The notes beneath the pieces were generated by a model. It saw only the letters and a list, made by a program, of their open reading frames with translations, was not told where the DNA came from and searched no databases. A stretch of DNA of 62,071 bases, filler included, from Candidatus Nezhaarchaeota archaeon WYZ-LMO8 (GTDB lineage Archaea; Thermoproteota; Methanomethylicia; Nezhaarchaeales; WYZ-LMO8): the NCBI GenBank assembly GCA_004347965.1. It is 5 parts of 5 records of this genome, joined end to end, with 100 filler letters (N's around TTAATTAATTAA, not from the genome) between each part and the next. Parts side by side here need not be neighbours in the genome. Positions count along the whole stretch, not along the records: positions 39,194 to 50,588 come from QNVF01000038.1; positions 50,689 to 62,071 come from QNVF01000039.1; 3 more parts are not named here. One strand, given 5' to 3'. The position numbers and the translations under genes were made by a program. Below, piece by piece: positions 48,937-59,292 of the stretch. Position 1 is the first letter of the stretch. Each line of letters opens with the position of its first letter.

Positions 48937-50253
48937 CTAAGTGAGCAGCAAAATGAATATCGTGTACACTGCTATGTTCACTAAGGTCACTATCATGCCG
49001 ATCTTAGAGAACTCTTTAAATGATACGGTCTCACCATACCTAGACTCTAGTACTTCGATGATTATTATGTTTGAGGCTGCACCAAGTAAAGTAAGGTTTC
49101 CAGCTATAGTTGACGCCATAGCGAGTGTTATCCAGGAATTCACGTCTGAAGGCGTGTAGCCTAGTGTCTTCATGTAATCCAGGAAGAGCTTAGTGAACGG
49201 GACATTGCTCAATAATTGACTCAGTACAAGAGAGCATGCAGTAATACCAAAGTAATCGAATGGCCATGTATTCTTACTGGGCATAAATAAGCTTAATAGG
49301 GAGTTTAAGACCCCGCTTCTCCATACACCGCTCATCGTTATGAACATTGTCATGAAGAACACTATGGTGCCCCAATCGACTCTTCGTAGGACATCTCGCG
49401 GATTTGATACTAGGAGATAACCACCAGCTGCAACCATGAAGGGTATGAAGCCTCTATTCTCTATGTGGGGTAACCCTAATAGGGCCATAACATCATTAAC
49501 TACTAGGAACACTATAACAGCGATTAATAGTACTGAAGCTACAAGGGCGTCTCTAATGTTGTTTATATGGCTCCGCACTTCGTTCAAGCTTCCTAAGAAC
49601 GCGCCATTTAGCTTGTAGACCTTAGCTACAATTAATGCTGTGACAACCAGGTTGATTATTGTTGGTATAGAGAGGTACTTCATAAAATCTATGAATGGAC
49701 ACTTCATTCCAGAATTTATCGCTATAAGCATGTTCTGTGGATTGCCTATCGGCGTAGTTGTTGATCCTATCGTTATTGAGAAGGCCAAGAGTAGGAAGAG
49801 GGGTTTGGGGTTTATACCCATAGACTTTGCTATGGAGTACACTATCGGAGGTCCCATGAGTGCGACTGTATCGTTCACAGCTATCGATGAGAGCAAGCCC
49901 ATGGTTAACGATAGAAATATCAACATCGTATACGTACCCTTAAAGCGTGAGAGCACGAGATGCGCTATCGAGTCTAGTAGACCTGAGCTCTCTGCTACAG
50001 CCACTATGCTGAACATTCCAATTAAAAACAATATAACATCGAAATCCATTACATGGGCTATGGATTCTATGGGTGTAAGGCCCGAAATTACGATTACGAA
50101 TGCAGAGAATGCCATTATGCTCCAAATTGGTGTCTTTGGCCTTCGAGATCGAAGAACCATCCCAAATATCAAGAACGATAAGACGCCAAGACCAATAACA
50201 AAATTAAATAAGTCCTCAGGCATCATAGAGGTTCCATCTAGCTTAACATGCAA
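48937..50253 (-). CDS. ArsB/NhaD/SLC13-family anion transporter
   Basis: NDT, TPIGNPQN, LSNVP, AGNLTLLGAASN; many TM helices. Confidence 0.88.
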   Translation of the reverse strand: MHVKLDGTSMMPEDLFNFVIGLGVLSFLIFGMVLRSRRPKTPIWSIMAFSAFVIVISGLTPIESIAHVMDFDVILFLIGMFSIVAVAESSGLLDSIAHLVLSRFKGTYTMLIFLSLTMGLLSSIAVNDTVALMGPPIVYSIAKSMGINPKPLFLLLAFSITIGSTTTPIGNPQNMLIAINSGMKCPFIDFMKYLSIPTIINLVVTALIVAKVYKLNGAFLGSLNEVRSHINNIRDALVASVLLIAVIVFLVVNDVMALLGLPHIENRGFIPFMVAAGGYLLVSNPRDVLRRVDWGTIVFFMTMFITMSGVWRSGVLNSLLSLFMPSKNTWPFDYFGITACSLVLSQLLSNVPFTKLFLDYMKTLGYTPSDVNSWITLAMASTIAGNLTLLGAASNIIIIEVLESRYGETVSFKEFSKIGMIVTLVNIAVYTIFILLLT

Positions 50254-50312
50254 TTAGCGACATTTTAATTAACGAGTTTCTGAGGGATTGACGAGATTGC
50301 TTCTAGCCCTGT

Positions 50313-50588
50313 TTAGGCTATTAACTTCGTAAGTCCTGGATAGTACTCCCTCATGACTCTCTCCATGTTTGCTCTGGCTACGAAGGTCCTTAAGGCATTA
50401 GAGCCTACTTTGTAATAGCTCTCAGGGTCGTTTCTGAACTTTTCATAGATTTTTAGAAACTGGTCTCGGAACTCTGCGTACTCTTTTTCATTGATTTTCT
50501 GAGCTTCAGGAGAGTAGTAGTCTATCAGGGTTCTCAAGTCTTCTCCAAATAACCAACCGTTTATGCCATCTACTATGAACTCTAGGAC
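50313..50588 (-). CDS. Alpha-glucan (glycogen) phosphorylase, C-terminal fragment
   Basis: Frame is open to the contig edge: VLEFIVDGINGWLFGED...NMERVMREYY, typical GT35 C-terminus. Confidence 0.65.
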   Translation of the reverse strand, partial: VLEFIVDGINGWLFGEDLRTLIDYYSPEAQKINEKEYAEFRDQFLKIYEKFRNDPESYYKVGSNALRTFVARANMERVMREYYPGLTKLIA

Positions 50589-50688
50589 NNNNNNNNNNNN
50601 NNNNNNNNNNNNNNNNNNNNNNNNNNNNNNNNTTAATTAATTAANNNNNNNNNNNNNNNNNNNNNNNNNNNNNNNNNNNNNNNNNNNN
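50589..50688. other. Artificial contig spacer
   Basis: N44-TTAATTAATTAA-N44. Confidence 0.98.
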
Positions 50689-52059
50689 CTAACTCAAAGA
50701 AGTAAGTTAAGAGTAGTAATGGTTGATAGGGGACCTGACATAGAGGAGCGGAGATGCTTCACTAGAATTGGCCGTGAATGTGCTAACTGTAATCCCTGTT
50801 CCATGTTGTGTGGATGGGGTGGGGCAGGGGCCTTCAGTGATGGGAAGCTGACTTTATCTGTTAACGTAGGTGGATGGCTTGAAAACTATGTTGGTAGGGA
50901 GGAGCTAGCAAAACTGATAGAGTACGTGGATAAGATATACCTCACATTTGGTGCACCAGATGTAGTCTTTGGAACTGATGTAGATGCTATAGAAGAGCTT
51001 CAAAGACGTGCTCAACTAGCTGGGTTAAAACTGGTACCCGTCAAGATTAGACATTTAGGTACTGAGAAGTGTGTTGAAGTAATTAAGGCCATGAGAGATT
51101 ACTTGGCTCAGCAAGTTAAGATACTCACGAGGAGGATGGCCACTCGAGTTCTTGTTGATGGATCTTCAGCCGTAGGAGTAGAGCTTGCTGATGGAACTAA
51201 GATACGAGCTAAGTATGTTGTATTAGCTCCTGGAAGGAGTGGTGCTGAGTGGTTAAAGGAGATGTCAAAGGAGTTGAACTTCAAGATGTACAACAACCCC
51301 GTTGACATAGGTGTTAGAGTTGAGGTCCCCGCACCGGTCATGGAGCCGCTAACAAAGTACCTCTATGAACCTAAGCTAATATACTATTCAAAGCGCTTTG
51401 ACGATCAGGTTAGAACCTTCTGTTTTAATCCTTATGGTGAAGTAATAACAGAGTCCTACGATGGAGTCATAACAGTTAACGGTCACAGCTTCCTTAACAA
51501 GAGGACCAATAACACGAACTTTGCGATCTTAGTTAGTACATCGTTTACAGAACCCTTTAAAGAGCCTATAGCCTATGGAAAATACATAGCGCACTTAGCG
51601 AACCTGCTAAGCGGGAGCATAATTGTTCAGAGACTAGGAGACCTTGAGGAAGGTAGAAGATCAACCCCCGAGAGAATAAAGAGGAATATCGTAGAACCCA
51701 CATTAAAATCAGCTACGCCAGGAGATCTAAGCTTCGTACTGCCTTATAGATACCTCGCCAATATATTAGAAATGCTTCAAGCAATGGACAAGATAACCCC
51801 CGGAGTATACTCAAGGTACACATTACTTTATGGTGTTGAAGTTAAGTTCTACTCCTCGAGACTTGAGTTAACTAGGGAGCTGGAGACCAAAGTTAAAAAC
51901 CTGTACGCTATTGGTGATGGTGCTGGAATAACGAGGGGTCTCGTTCAAGCATCCGCGTCTGGCATTATAGTTGCAAGAAGTATACTTAAGAAAGAAGGTT
52001 ATCCGATCTCAGACATCACCGAGGAAAATCTACCGATGAAGGTACCATCCAGACAATAA
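50689..52059 (+). CDS. FAD-dependent oxidoreductase (COG2509), 5'-truncated
   Basis: GWGGAGAFSDGKL, HLGT, APGRSG, VDIGVRVE, GDGAGITRG; frame open to contig edge, GxGxxG missing. Confidence 0.85.
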   Translation, partial: LTQRSKLRVVMVDRGPDIEERRCFTRIGRECANCNPCSMLCGWGGAGAFSDGKLTLSVNVGGWLENYVGREELAKLIEYVDKIYLTFGAPDVVFGTDVDAIEELQRRAQLAGLKLVPVKIRHLGTEKCVEVIKAMRDYLAQQVKILTRRMATRVLVDGSSAVGVELADGTKIRAKYVVLAPGRSGAEWLKEMSKELNFKMYNNPVDIGVRVEVPAPVMEPLTKYLYEPKLIYYSKRFDDQVRTFCFNPYGEVITESYDGVITVNGHSFLNKRTNNTNFAILVSTSFTEPFKEPIAYGKYIAHLANLLSGSIIVQRLGDLEEGRRSTPERIKRNIVEPTLKSATPGDLSFVLPYRYLANILEMLQAMDKITPGVYSRYTLLYGVEVKFYSSRLELTRELETKVKNLYAIGDGAGITRGLVQASASGIIVARSILKKEGYPISDITEENLPMKVPSRQ

Positions 52060-52781
52060 ACGTATCCTCTAAGCGGATTAATGAGCCCTCTAAAGAGAGG
52101 GCTTAGTTTTCGAAAGGTTTTCATACTTAACGAGCCACTACCCAAGTAGTTATTATAAGCTGGGTGAACTATTAGTCTCTTGATGTTAACGTCGACCTTA
52201 AACTTCTTACTAATTTTCTCCCTCATTTTCTTACCAATATAGTAGACAATCCAAACCCTACCTTCCTTGTAAGGTATCGTTAGGGACGGGTGGGCATGTC
52301 CCATTACGAGCACATTGCTCATAAAAAGTTCTGGCTTTGGCCACGCATTTCCATGGATGAATGAGACATCACCTATTGAGACGCCAGAAGCATCATGGAT
52401 TTCCACACCATCGATTCTTAGACGCTTTAGTGAGCCATCGTGGTTGCCCATGATAATGACTACTCTATCAGTCAATTCCAACATTTTCCTAACAAAACCT
52501 TCCACCTCAACCTCAATTCTCTTCCTAAGTCTCTTAATTTCATGTTTCACGTCGCCCAACAGAATTAGTATGTCAGGTTTTATCGAAGTTAATAAGTCAG
52601 ATAAGCTCTTCGTAATCTCGCTTGTCTGCGATGGAACCTTAAACCCAAGTTTCTGAAGCTCATACTCTAGACCTATGTGAAGGTCGGATGCGGTTACTAT
52701 CTTATCTCCCTTATCGGTAACTATTATTGATATGGGAGAATTCGTCACAAACTTGATCTTAGCCATAGAGTTGCTCCACAT
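51999..52781 (-). CDS. Calcineurin-like metallophosphoesterase (COG1407)
   Basis: SDLHIG, LGDVKH, GNHD, HG, GHAHP. Confidence 0.88.
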   Translation of the reverse strand: MWSNSMAKIKFVTNSPISIIVTDKGDKIVTASDLHIGLEYELQKLGFKVPSQTSEITKSLSDLLTSIKPDILILLGDVKHEIKRLRKRIEVEVEGFVRKMLELTDRVVIIMGNHDGSLKRLRIDGVEIHDASGVSIGDVSFIHGNAWPKPELFMSNVLVMGHAHPSLTIPYKEGRVWIVYYIGKKMREKISKKFKVDVNIKRLIVHPAYNNYLGSGSLSMKTFRKLSPLFRGLINPLRGYVYCLDGTFIGRFSSVMSEIG

Positions 52782-52833
52782 ACTATTATGGCAACTAACA
52801 TTTATTTAATAGCTACAAGTCTCAACAGTTTAG

Positions 52834-53196
52834 ATGTCTCAGCATGTAATACAAACATTACAAGAGCTCGGAGTAACGATTGAAGAGGTGACGTTGAAGC
52901 GCTTAAAGAAGGCACTTGAGACAGTAAGTAGGGGGAGGGTTAAGAAGTACATTTTCAAACCTAGTGGACGCGTAGTATGGGTAGTCGTAGGCAAGGAGAG
53001 AGATTATTGGGTAATACCGAGATTATACTGTTCGTGTGATGACTTCTACATAAACGTGATTTCGAGGAGGAAGAGCCCTCTATGCTATCACCTCTTAGCT
53101 CAAGCATTAGCAGAGAAGGCTGGTAACTATGAAGTCTTCAATGTTAGCGATGAAGAAGGGGAGAAGTTAGAGGAGGAGTGGCGTAAAATTCAGTAA
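52834..53196 (+). CDS. SWIM zinc-finger protein
   Basis: YCSCDDF...CYHLLA. Confidence 0.85.
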   Translation: MSQHVIQTLQELGVTIEEVTLKRLKKALETVSRGRVKKYIFKPSGRVVWVVVGKERDYWVIPRLYCSCDDFYINVISRRKSPLCYHLLAQALAEKAGNYEVFNVSDEEGEKLEEEWRKIQ

Positions 53197-53211
53197 GCGA
53201 CTTGGGGGTAC

Positions 53212-54135
53212 TTAAGTTAACATCATCTTTAAGAGGGCCATTCTGACTAAAAGCCCGTAAAACACTTGTTTGAAGTACTTGGCATAGGGGGTTTTATCTA
53301 TTTCCCAATCCAGCTCGTTAACTCTCGGCAGGGGATGCAAAATTATTAAATCGTTTTTTACATGTTGAAGGTGCTCCATAGATAACCTGTAAGACCCCTT
53401 TACTCTTTCGTATTCCATAGGATCTGTGAATCGTTCTCGCTGTATCCTCGTTACATACACAACGTCAGCTTCTCTTGCGAGATCGCTGGTTAACGAGCTT
53501 TTCTCTATAAACGGTATGCTCATTGATTTGAGGAACTCTCTTTCTTCTTCCCTCAATTTTAAGAGCTCTGGCGATACAAAAATGAAGCTCACATTGAAGT
53601 TGAGTAATCCACGAACCAAGGAGCGTACGGCTCGACTATATTTTAAGTCCCCGAAGAATAATATTGTTAAGCCATCTATCCTGCCTTTCTCCCTCCATAT
53701 GGTGTATAAGTCTACGAGAGCTTGAGTTGGATGAGACAAAGCTCCTGAACCAGCATTTATTACCGGTATTTGAACTGCATCAGCTATTGCTTTAGCTGCA
53801 CCTTCAAATGGATGTCTCACGACAATTATATCCGCGTAATTCTCAATCACTTTAGCCGTATCTATTAAGCTCTCACCTTTAGCTATGGAAGTCATGGACG
53901 GCTCTTCAAAGCCTATAACGTCGCCACCTAAACGCTTCATGGCCGCCTCAAAACTCAACCTAGTCCTAGTACTGGGCTCAAAAAACAGCAGGGCCATGAC
54001 TTTTCCCTTCAGAACATCGCTCTTCGACCTAGCGTAAGGCTCTAAAGAAGTTGCTTCCCTAAAAATTGCCAGCATTTCCTCTTTCGTAACATCATTAATC
54101 GATATCAAGTCTCGTCCACTTAAAGATATCGACAA
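53212..54135 (-). CDS. pyrB: Aspartate carbamoyltransferase catalytic subunit
   Basis: FFEPSTRT, KGES, HPTQ, RIQRER, HPLPR. Confidence 0.97.
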   Translation of the reverse strand: MSISLSGRDLISINDVTKEEMLAIFREATSLEPYARSKSDVLKGKVMALLFFEPSTRTRLSFEAAMKRLGGDVIGFEEPSMTSIAKGESLIDTAKVIENYADIIVVRHPFEGAAKAIADAVQIPVINAGSGALSHPTQALVDLYTIWREKGRIDGLTILFFGDLKYSRAVRSLVRGLLNFNVSFIFVSPELLKLREEEREFLKSMSIPFIEKSSLTSDLAREADVVYVTRIQRERFTDPMEYERVKGSYRLSMEHLQHVKNDLIILHPLPRVNELDWEIDKTPYAKYFKQVFYGLLVRMALLKMMLT

Positions 54136-54185
54136 GCGAAAACCCCTCAGAAATTATTTAGACTCCGATAGCTTAAGTATTTAAG

Positions 54186-54668
54186 GTGCAATTTAGGATG
54201 GCGATCGACAGAGAACTACGCGTTCAAAAGATAAAGGAAGGCATCGTGATAGATCATCTAAGAGCTGGAACAGCACTTAAGATCCTCGAGATGTTAGGGA
54301 TAACAGGAAAGGAAGGCTACATAATAACCGTAGCGATGAACGTACCAAGCCAAAAATTAGGCACCAAAGACATAATTAAGATCGAGGGGAGATACTTAAG
54401 CCCATCAGAGGTCAGTAAGATAGCTCTTATAGCACCTAAAGTGACACTAAACGTCATAAAAGACTATCAAGTTGTGAGAAAGGAAAGACTAATACTACCG
54501 GAAGAAATCGTTGGAATAATAAAGTGTAGCAACCCAACCTGTATTACAAATCATGAACCGCAAGTTCAAAGCAAGTTCCTCGTTCTAAGTAGAGAACCTT
54601 TAAAAATAAAGTGTAAATACTGTGAAACGATAATGAACCAGGAAGAGGTATTTAGAAGATTAAGTTAA
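54186..54668 (+). CDS. pyrI: Aspartate carbamoyltransferase regulatory subunit
   Basis: LRVQKIKEGIVIDH, KDIIKIE, CSNPTCITN, CKYCE. Confidence 0.96.
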   Translation: MQFRMAIDRELRVQKIKEGIVIDHLRAGTALKILEMLGITGKEGYIITVAMNVPSQKLGTKDIIKIEGRYLSPSEVSKIALIAPKVTLNVIKDYQVVRKERLILPEEIVGIIKCSNPTCITNHEPQVQSKFLVLSREPLKIKCKYCETIMNQEEVFRRLS

Positions 54669-54689
54669 AAAGATGCGTGGTGTTGAGGG

Positions 54690-55004
54690 ATGAAAATCAT
54701 AGCTGTAGGCTCTCAAGACTTTGTTGCAGGTTTAAGGTTAGCAGGGGTTAATGAGGGGCTCGTAGCCTCAAACTATCAGGATGCCGATGAAAAGTTACTA
54801 GTATTGATAAAGAGAGGGGACGTCGCTTTAATATTGGTGGAGGAGAGCTACGCTCTTGAAATACCGAAGTTTTACGATAAGTATTTAAAGTTAAAGCAAC
54901 CAGTCATAGCGGTCATACCTAGTGGGAAAGCCAAAGAGGGTGCACGTGACTACATGAGTGAACTCATTAAAAGAACCATTGGAGTCGAGGTTGTAATAAA
55001 ATAG
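54690..55004 (+). CDS. atpF: A/V-type ATP synthase subunit F
   Basis: KIIAVGSQDFVAGLRLAGV, IKRTIGV; precedes atpA. Confidence 0.9.
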   Translation: MKIIAVGSQDFVAGLRLAGVNEGLVASNYQDADEKLLVLIKRGDVALILVEESYALEIPKFYDKYLKLKQPVIAVIPSGKAKEGARDYMSELIKRTIGVEVVIK

Positions 55005-55016
55005 AGTGGTGAGAGT

Positions 55017-56801
55017 ATGCCGAGCACTGGAAGAATAGTTAGGATAGCCGGACCAGTAGTAGTCGCTAAGGGGATGAAGGGCAGCCAGATGTTCGAGCTC
55101 GTAAACGTCGGAGAGCTAAATTTGATAGGTGAGATTATCAGGCTTCAAGAGGACTTAGCGACAATACAAGTCTACGAGGAGACTAGCGGGCTAAGACCTG
55201 GAGAGAAGGTTGTGGGTACGGGGCAATTGCTATCGGTTGAATTAGGTCCTGGAATACTATCGCAAATATACGATGGTATCCAAAGACCTCTCGAAATAAT
55301 TAAGGAGAACACGGGAGACTTCATAGCGAGAGGAGTCTCTGCTCCGGCTCTCCCAAGAGACAAGAAGTGGTCTTTCACGCCTAAGCTTAAGGCTGGAAGC
55401 AAAGTTACAGGGGGAGACATATTAGGAGTGGTTCCAGAGACCCCCTTAGTGGTCCATAAGGTAATGGTTCCACCAGATGTTCAAGGAGTACTAGAGGAGA
55501 TAGCTCCTGAAGGGGACTACACAGTAGAGGATGTGATAGCCAAGGTTAGAGCCCCTAATGGCGCGTTACACGAGCTAGCAATGATGCAGAGATGGCCAGT
55601 TCGTAAGCCAAGACCATATAAAACGAAACTAGATCCCATACAACCTCTACTAACAGGTCAAAGAATAATAGACTCCCTTTTCCCAATAGCTAAGGGAGGA
55701 ACAGCAGCCATACCAGGAGGCTTTGGTACTGGAAAGACCGTGACACAGCATCAATTAGCACAGTGGGCAGATGCAAAGGTTATAGTCTACATAGGTTGTG
55801 GTGAAAGAGGTAATGAAATGACCGAGATGCTTGAGCGTTTCCCTGAGCTCAGAGATCCAAGAACTGGTAGACCGCTTATGGAGAGGACTGTGATGATAGC
55901 CAACACTAGCAACATGCCAGTAGCAGCAAGGGAAGCTAGCATATATACGGGCGTTACAATAGCAGAGTACTTTAGAGATATGGGCTACGACGTAGCTCTA
56001 ATGGCTGACTCCACTTCGAGGTGGGCTGAAGCTCTTCGAGAAATCTCAGGAAGGCTGGAGGAAATGCCTGGTGAAGAAGGCTACCCACCATACTTAGGTG
56101 CTAGATTGGCTGAGTTCTATGAGAGGGCTGGGAGAGTTGTCACGCTAGGTTCTGAAGATAGAGTGGGCTCAGTCTCTATAATAGGTGCAGTCTCACCGCC
56201 GGGAGGTGACTTCTCTGAACCAGTCGTTCAAGCAACTCTCAGAATAGTCAAGGTCTTCTGGGCTCTCGATACAGCTCTTGCCTACAGGAGGCACTTCCCA
56301 GCTATAAATTGGTTGACGAGCTACTCCCTCTATCTAGAGACGCTAGAAGAATGGTTTAGAAATAATGTTGCACCCGACTGGCCAGAACTGCGTAAAGAGG
56401 TTATGGCCATTCTTCAGAAGGAAGCCGAGCTACTTGAAATAGTAAGGTTAGTTGGCCCTGATGCTCTACCAGAAGCTGATAGAGCAACACTTGAAGTTGC
56501 GAGGATGATAAGAGAAGACTTTTTAATGCAACATGCGTATCATCCGGTGGACACTTATTGTTCAATAGAGAAGAGCTACTTAATGCTCAAGGTCATACTC
56601 TACTTCAATAAAAAGGTGAGAGAAGCTATAGCAAACGGAGCACCATTAACCAGGATCTTAAGGTTACCGGTTAGAGAGGACATAGCTAGGATGAAGATAG
56701 TACCATACGATAAGATTAAGGATACGGTGGAAGATGTGATGAGGAAGATAGATGAGCAAATCACCTCATTAGTAAAGAGTCAGAAAGTTGTTGTAGTGTA
56801 G
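55017..56801 (+). CDS. atpA: A/V-type ATP synthase subunit A
   Basis: [36 protein letters not shown]. Confidence 0.97.
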   Translation: MPSTGRIVRIAGPVVVAKGMKGSQMFELVNVGELNLIGEIIRLQEDLATIQVYEETSGLRPGEKVVGTGQLLSVELGPGILSQIYDGIQRPLEIIKENTGDFIARGVSAPALPRDKKWSFTPKLKAGSKVTGGDILGVVPETPLVVHKVMVPPDVQGVLEEIAPEGDYTVEDVIAKVRAPNGALHELAMMQRWPVRKPRPYKTKLDPIQPLLTGQRIIDSLFPIAKGGTAAIPGGFGTGKTVTQHQLAQWADAKVIVYIGCGERGNEMTEMLERFPELRDPRTGRPLMERTVMIANTSNMPVAAREASIYTGVTIAEYFRDMGYDVALMADSTSRWAEALREISGRLEEMPGEEGYPPYLGARLAEFYERAGRVVTLGSEDRVGSVSIIGAVSPPGGDFSEPVVQATLRIVKVFWALDTALAYRRHFPAINWLTSYSLYLETLEEWFRNNVAPDWPELRKEVMAILQKEAELLEIVRLVGPDALPEADRATLEVARMIREDFLMQHAYHPVDTYCSIEKSYLMLKVILYFNKKVREAIANGAPLTRILRLPVREDIARMKIVPYDKIKDTVEDVMRKIDEQITSLVKSQKVVVV

Positions 56802-56814
56802 GGGTGTGTGAAGG

Positions 56815-58227
56815 TTGTCGATTCCGCTATCAGCATTTAAGGCGAGGAAGTACAGGACAGTAAGCGAAATTTCAGGACCCTTACTAATAGTTAAAAACGT
56901 TAATGATGCAGCTTACAATGAGCTGGTTAAGGTTGAAACCGGAAGCGGAGAAATGAGGTCAGGAGTCGTCTTAGAGAGTGCTGACGGATATGCAGTCGTC
57001 CAAGTGTTCGAAGGCACGAGTGGTCTCGATATTGAGAGGACAGCGGTTACTTTCCTAGGTGAGACATTAAAGGTTCCAGTTTCCATGGAAATGCTTGGAA
57101 GGATATTTGATGGTAAGGGTCAACCAATAGACGGGGGTCCACCAATAATACCTGAAGAGGAGCTTGATGTCTATGGTTCACCAATAAATCCATCAGCACG
57201 TGAATATCCTAAAGAGTTTATTCAGACTGGGATAAGTGTGATAGATGGTATGAATACTTTAAGCAGAGGTCAGAAACTACCAATTTTTACTGAAGCAGGG
57301 CTCCCTCACAACATCCTCGCTGCGCAAATAGCTCGCCAAGCTACCATTCCGGGTAAGGAGGAGGAGTTCGCTATAGTCTTCGCAGCGATAGGGATAACAG
57401 CTGAAGAAGCCATGTTCTTTAGGAACGAGTTCGTAAGGACAGGGGCTATAGAGAGGCTTGTAACTTTCTTAAACTTAGCTGAAAACCCAGCCATAGAGCG
57501 TGTAATTACCCCCCACGTAGCTCTAACAGTAGCTGAGTACCTTGCTTTTGAGCACGACATGCATTTATTAGTAATAATGACGGACATGTTGAATTACGGC
57601 GAAGCTCTTCGAGAGATAAGTGCTGCAAGAGCTGAAGTACCTGGTAGAAGAGGTTACCCTGGTTACCTTTACACGTCTCTAGCTCAAATTTATGAGAGGT
57701 GTGGAAGAATCCGTGGAAGAAAGGGCTCAATAACCCTCATACCTGTAGTTACAATGCCTGGAGGCGACATCACTCACCCGGTCGTCGATTTAACGGGTTA
57801 CATAACTGAAGGTCAGCTGATAATGAGCAGAGAGCTGCATCGTAAGGGCATATATCCACCATTAAACCCTCTACCATCATTAAGTAGGTTAATGAAGGAA
57901 GCAACCAGGTATACTAGGAAGGATCATATGCAGTTAAGCGACATGCTCTACTACTGCTATAGCGAGGCTCAAGACCTAAGAAGTCTCGTGGCTGTTGTGG
58001 GGGAGGAGGCATTAACTGAGAGGGATAAGGCTTACCTAGCTTTTGGTGATGCTTTTGAGAGACGTTTTATAAATCAAGGTGTCTACGAAAATAGAAGCCT
58101 TGATACAACGCTTGAAATAGCGTGGAACCTACTAATCGAGTACATACCAGAGTCTGAGTGGAAGCGCTTAGATCCTGAAGTAATAAAAGCTTATTGCCCG
58201 AAGTATCGGAAAGAGAAGTCTAGCTAG
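56815..58227 (+). CDS. atpB: A/V-type ATP synthase subunit B
   Basis: [39 protein letters not shown]. Confidence 0.97.
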   Translation: MSIPLSAFKARKYRTVSEISGPLLIVKNVNDAAYNELVKVETGSGEMRSGVVLESADGYAVVQVFEGTSGLDIERTAVTFLGETLKVPVSMEMLGRIFDGKGQPIDGGPPIIPEEELDVYGSPINPSAREYPKEFIQTGISVIDGMNTLSRGQKLPIFTEAGLPHNILAAQIARQATIPGKEEEFAIVFAAIGITAEEAMFFRNEFVRTGAIERLVTFLNLAENPAIERVITPHVALTVAEYLAFEHDMHLLVIMTDMLNYGEALREISAARAEVPGRRGYPGYLYTSLAQIYERCGRIRGRKGSITLIPVVTMPGGDITHPVVDLTGYITEGQLIMSRELHRKGIYPPLNPLPSLSRLMKEATRYTRKDHMQLSDMLYYCYSEAQDLRSLVAVVGEEALTERDKAYLAFGDAFERRFINQGVYENRSLDTTLEIAWNLLIEYIPESEWKRLDPEVIKAYCPKYRKEKSS

Positions 58228-58996
58228 ATCTTCTCATCCTTTTCTTACCACCTGCATGAACTCCATCGACTATTTCCCTGAGCTTCTTTTCTATATCATT
58301 GCCCTCCAGTATAGTCCCAGTTACGATAATGTCAGCTCCTGCTTCAGCCAAGGCTTCAGCTTGCTCTCTTCGCTTTATCCCTCCACCCACAACTAGTCTT
58401 ACGCTAACTTGGCTTCTCACGTACCTCACAGTATCTGGTGGAACAGGCTCTGAAACACCAGATCCTCCCTCAATGTAGACGTACCTCATGCCTAAGTACT
58501 GTGCAGCTAGTGCATAGAGAGTTATGACCTCAGCTTTATGTGGTGGTATAGGTCTCGCTTGACCAACTATACCTACAGTCCCACCATCACCTACAACGAT
58601 GTAACCCATGGGCAACGTTTCTAGACCATACTTCTTAACTATAGCTGCTCCTTGAACTTGAGCTCCTATTATGAAGTAGGGGTTCAGAGAGTTTAAGAGC
58701 GACATAAACCATATAGCGTCAGCGTAACGACTTATGGTGTTGACATTGCTTGGAAAGTTTATGACCGGTAAATCGCAGTTCTCCTTGATTATCTTTATCA
58801 GATCGTCCATCAAGCTCTCGTTTACGTTTAAGCTTCCACCAACCATTATAGCTGTACTCCCAGAGTCCTCTATTATCCTCACTAACTTAGCAGTCTCTGT
58901 AGGCGTTAGCTTCTCAGGATCGAGAAGCGATATGTGTATTGATCCTTTAGCTTCTATCTCGTCGTTAAGATACTTTTCCACTTTCACCGCTTTCAC
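58220..58996 (-). CDS. Geranylgeranylglyceryl phosphate synthase
   Basis: [34 protein letters not shown]. Confidence 0.93.
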   Translation of the reverse strand: MKAVKVEKYLNDEIEAKGSIHISLLDPEKLTPTETAKLVRIIEDSGSTAIMVGGSLNVNESLMDDLIKIIKENCDLPVINFPSNVNTISRYADAIWFMSLLNSLNPYFIIGAQVQGAAIVKKYGLETLPMGYIVVGDGGTVGIVGQARPIPPHKAEVITLYALAAQYLGMRYVYIEGGSGVSEPVPPDTVRYVRSQVSVRLVVGGGIKRREQAEALAEAGADIIVTGTILEGNDIEKKLREIVDGVHAGGKKRMRRSS

Positions 58997-59246
58997 CTTT
59001 AGCGATTTTACTTAGTTCGCCTAGATAATACTTATCGATGAAAACGTTATAGTAATGAACCATCTCATAGTTCTTCATTCTCTCCATTCTCCACATCAGA
59101 CCACAATTAGCACATAAGACTACAGCTTCCTCATCTTCAATGTTCACTGTCACGCTAATCATGTCACAGTTAGGGCATCTGAATACCTTGGGTGGCTTGC
59201 GCACAACCCTCTTAATTATCTTTCTTCTTCTCCTACGACCACCCAT
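58965..59246 (-). CDS. elf1: Transcription elongation factor Elf1
   Basis: MGGRRRRRK basic N-terminus, FRCPNC...CANCG Zn ribbon. Confidence 0.88.
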   Translation of the reverse strand: MGGRRRRRKIIKRVVRKPPKVFRCPNCDMISVTVNIEDEEAVVLCANCGLMWRMERMKNYEMVHYYNVFIDKYYLGELSKIAKGESGESGKVS

Positions 59247-59292
59247 TTGATCACGCTCACCTACATAATATTACTTCGTAGTAGGAAATAAG

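Noticed and set aside
49640..50257. 205-aa antisense ORF
   Set aside because: Shadow of the anion transporter on the opposite strand; no motifs
55017..56801. Possible inteins in atpA (also checked nrdD and the helicase)
   Set aside because: Lengths are normal and motifs contiguous; no intein blocks
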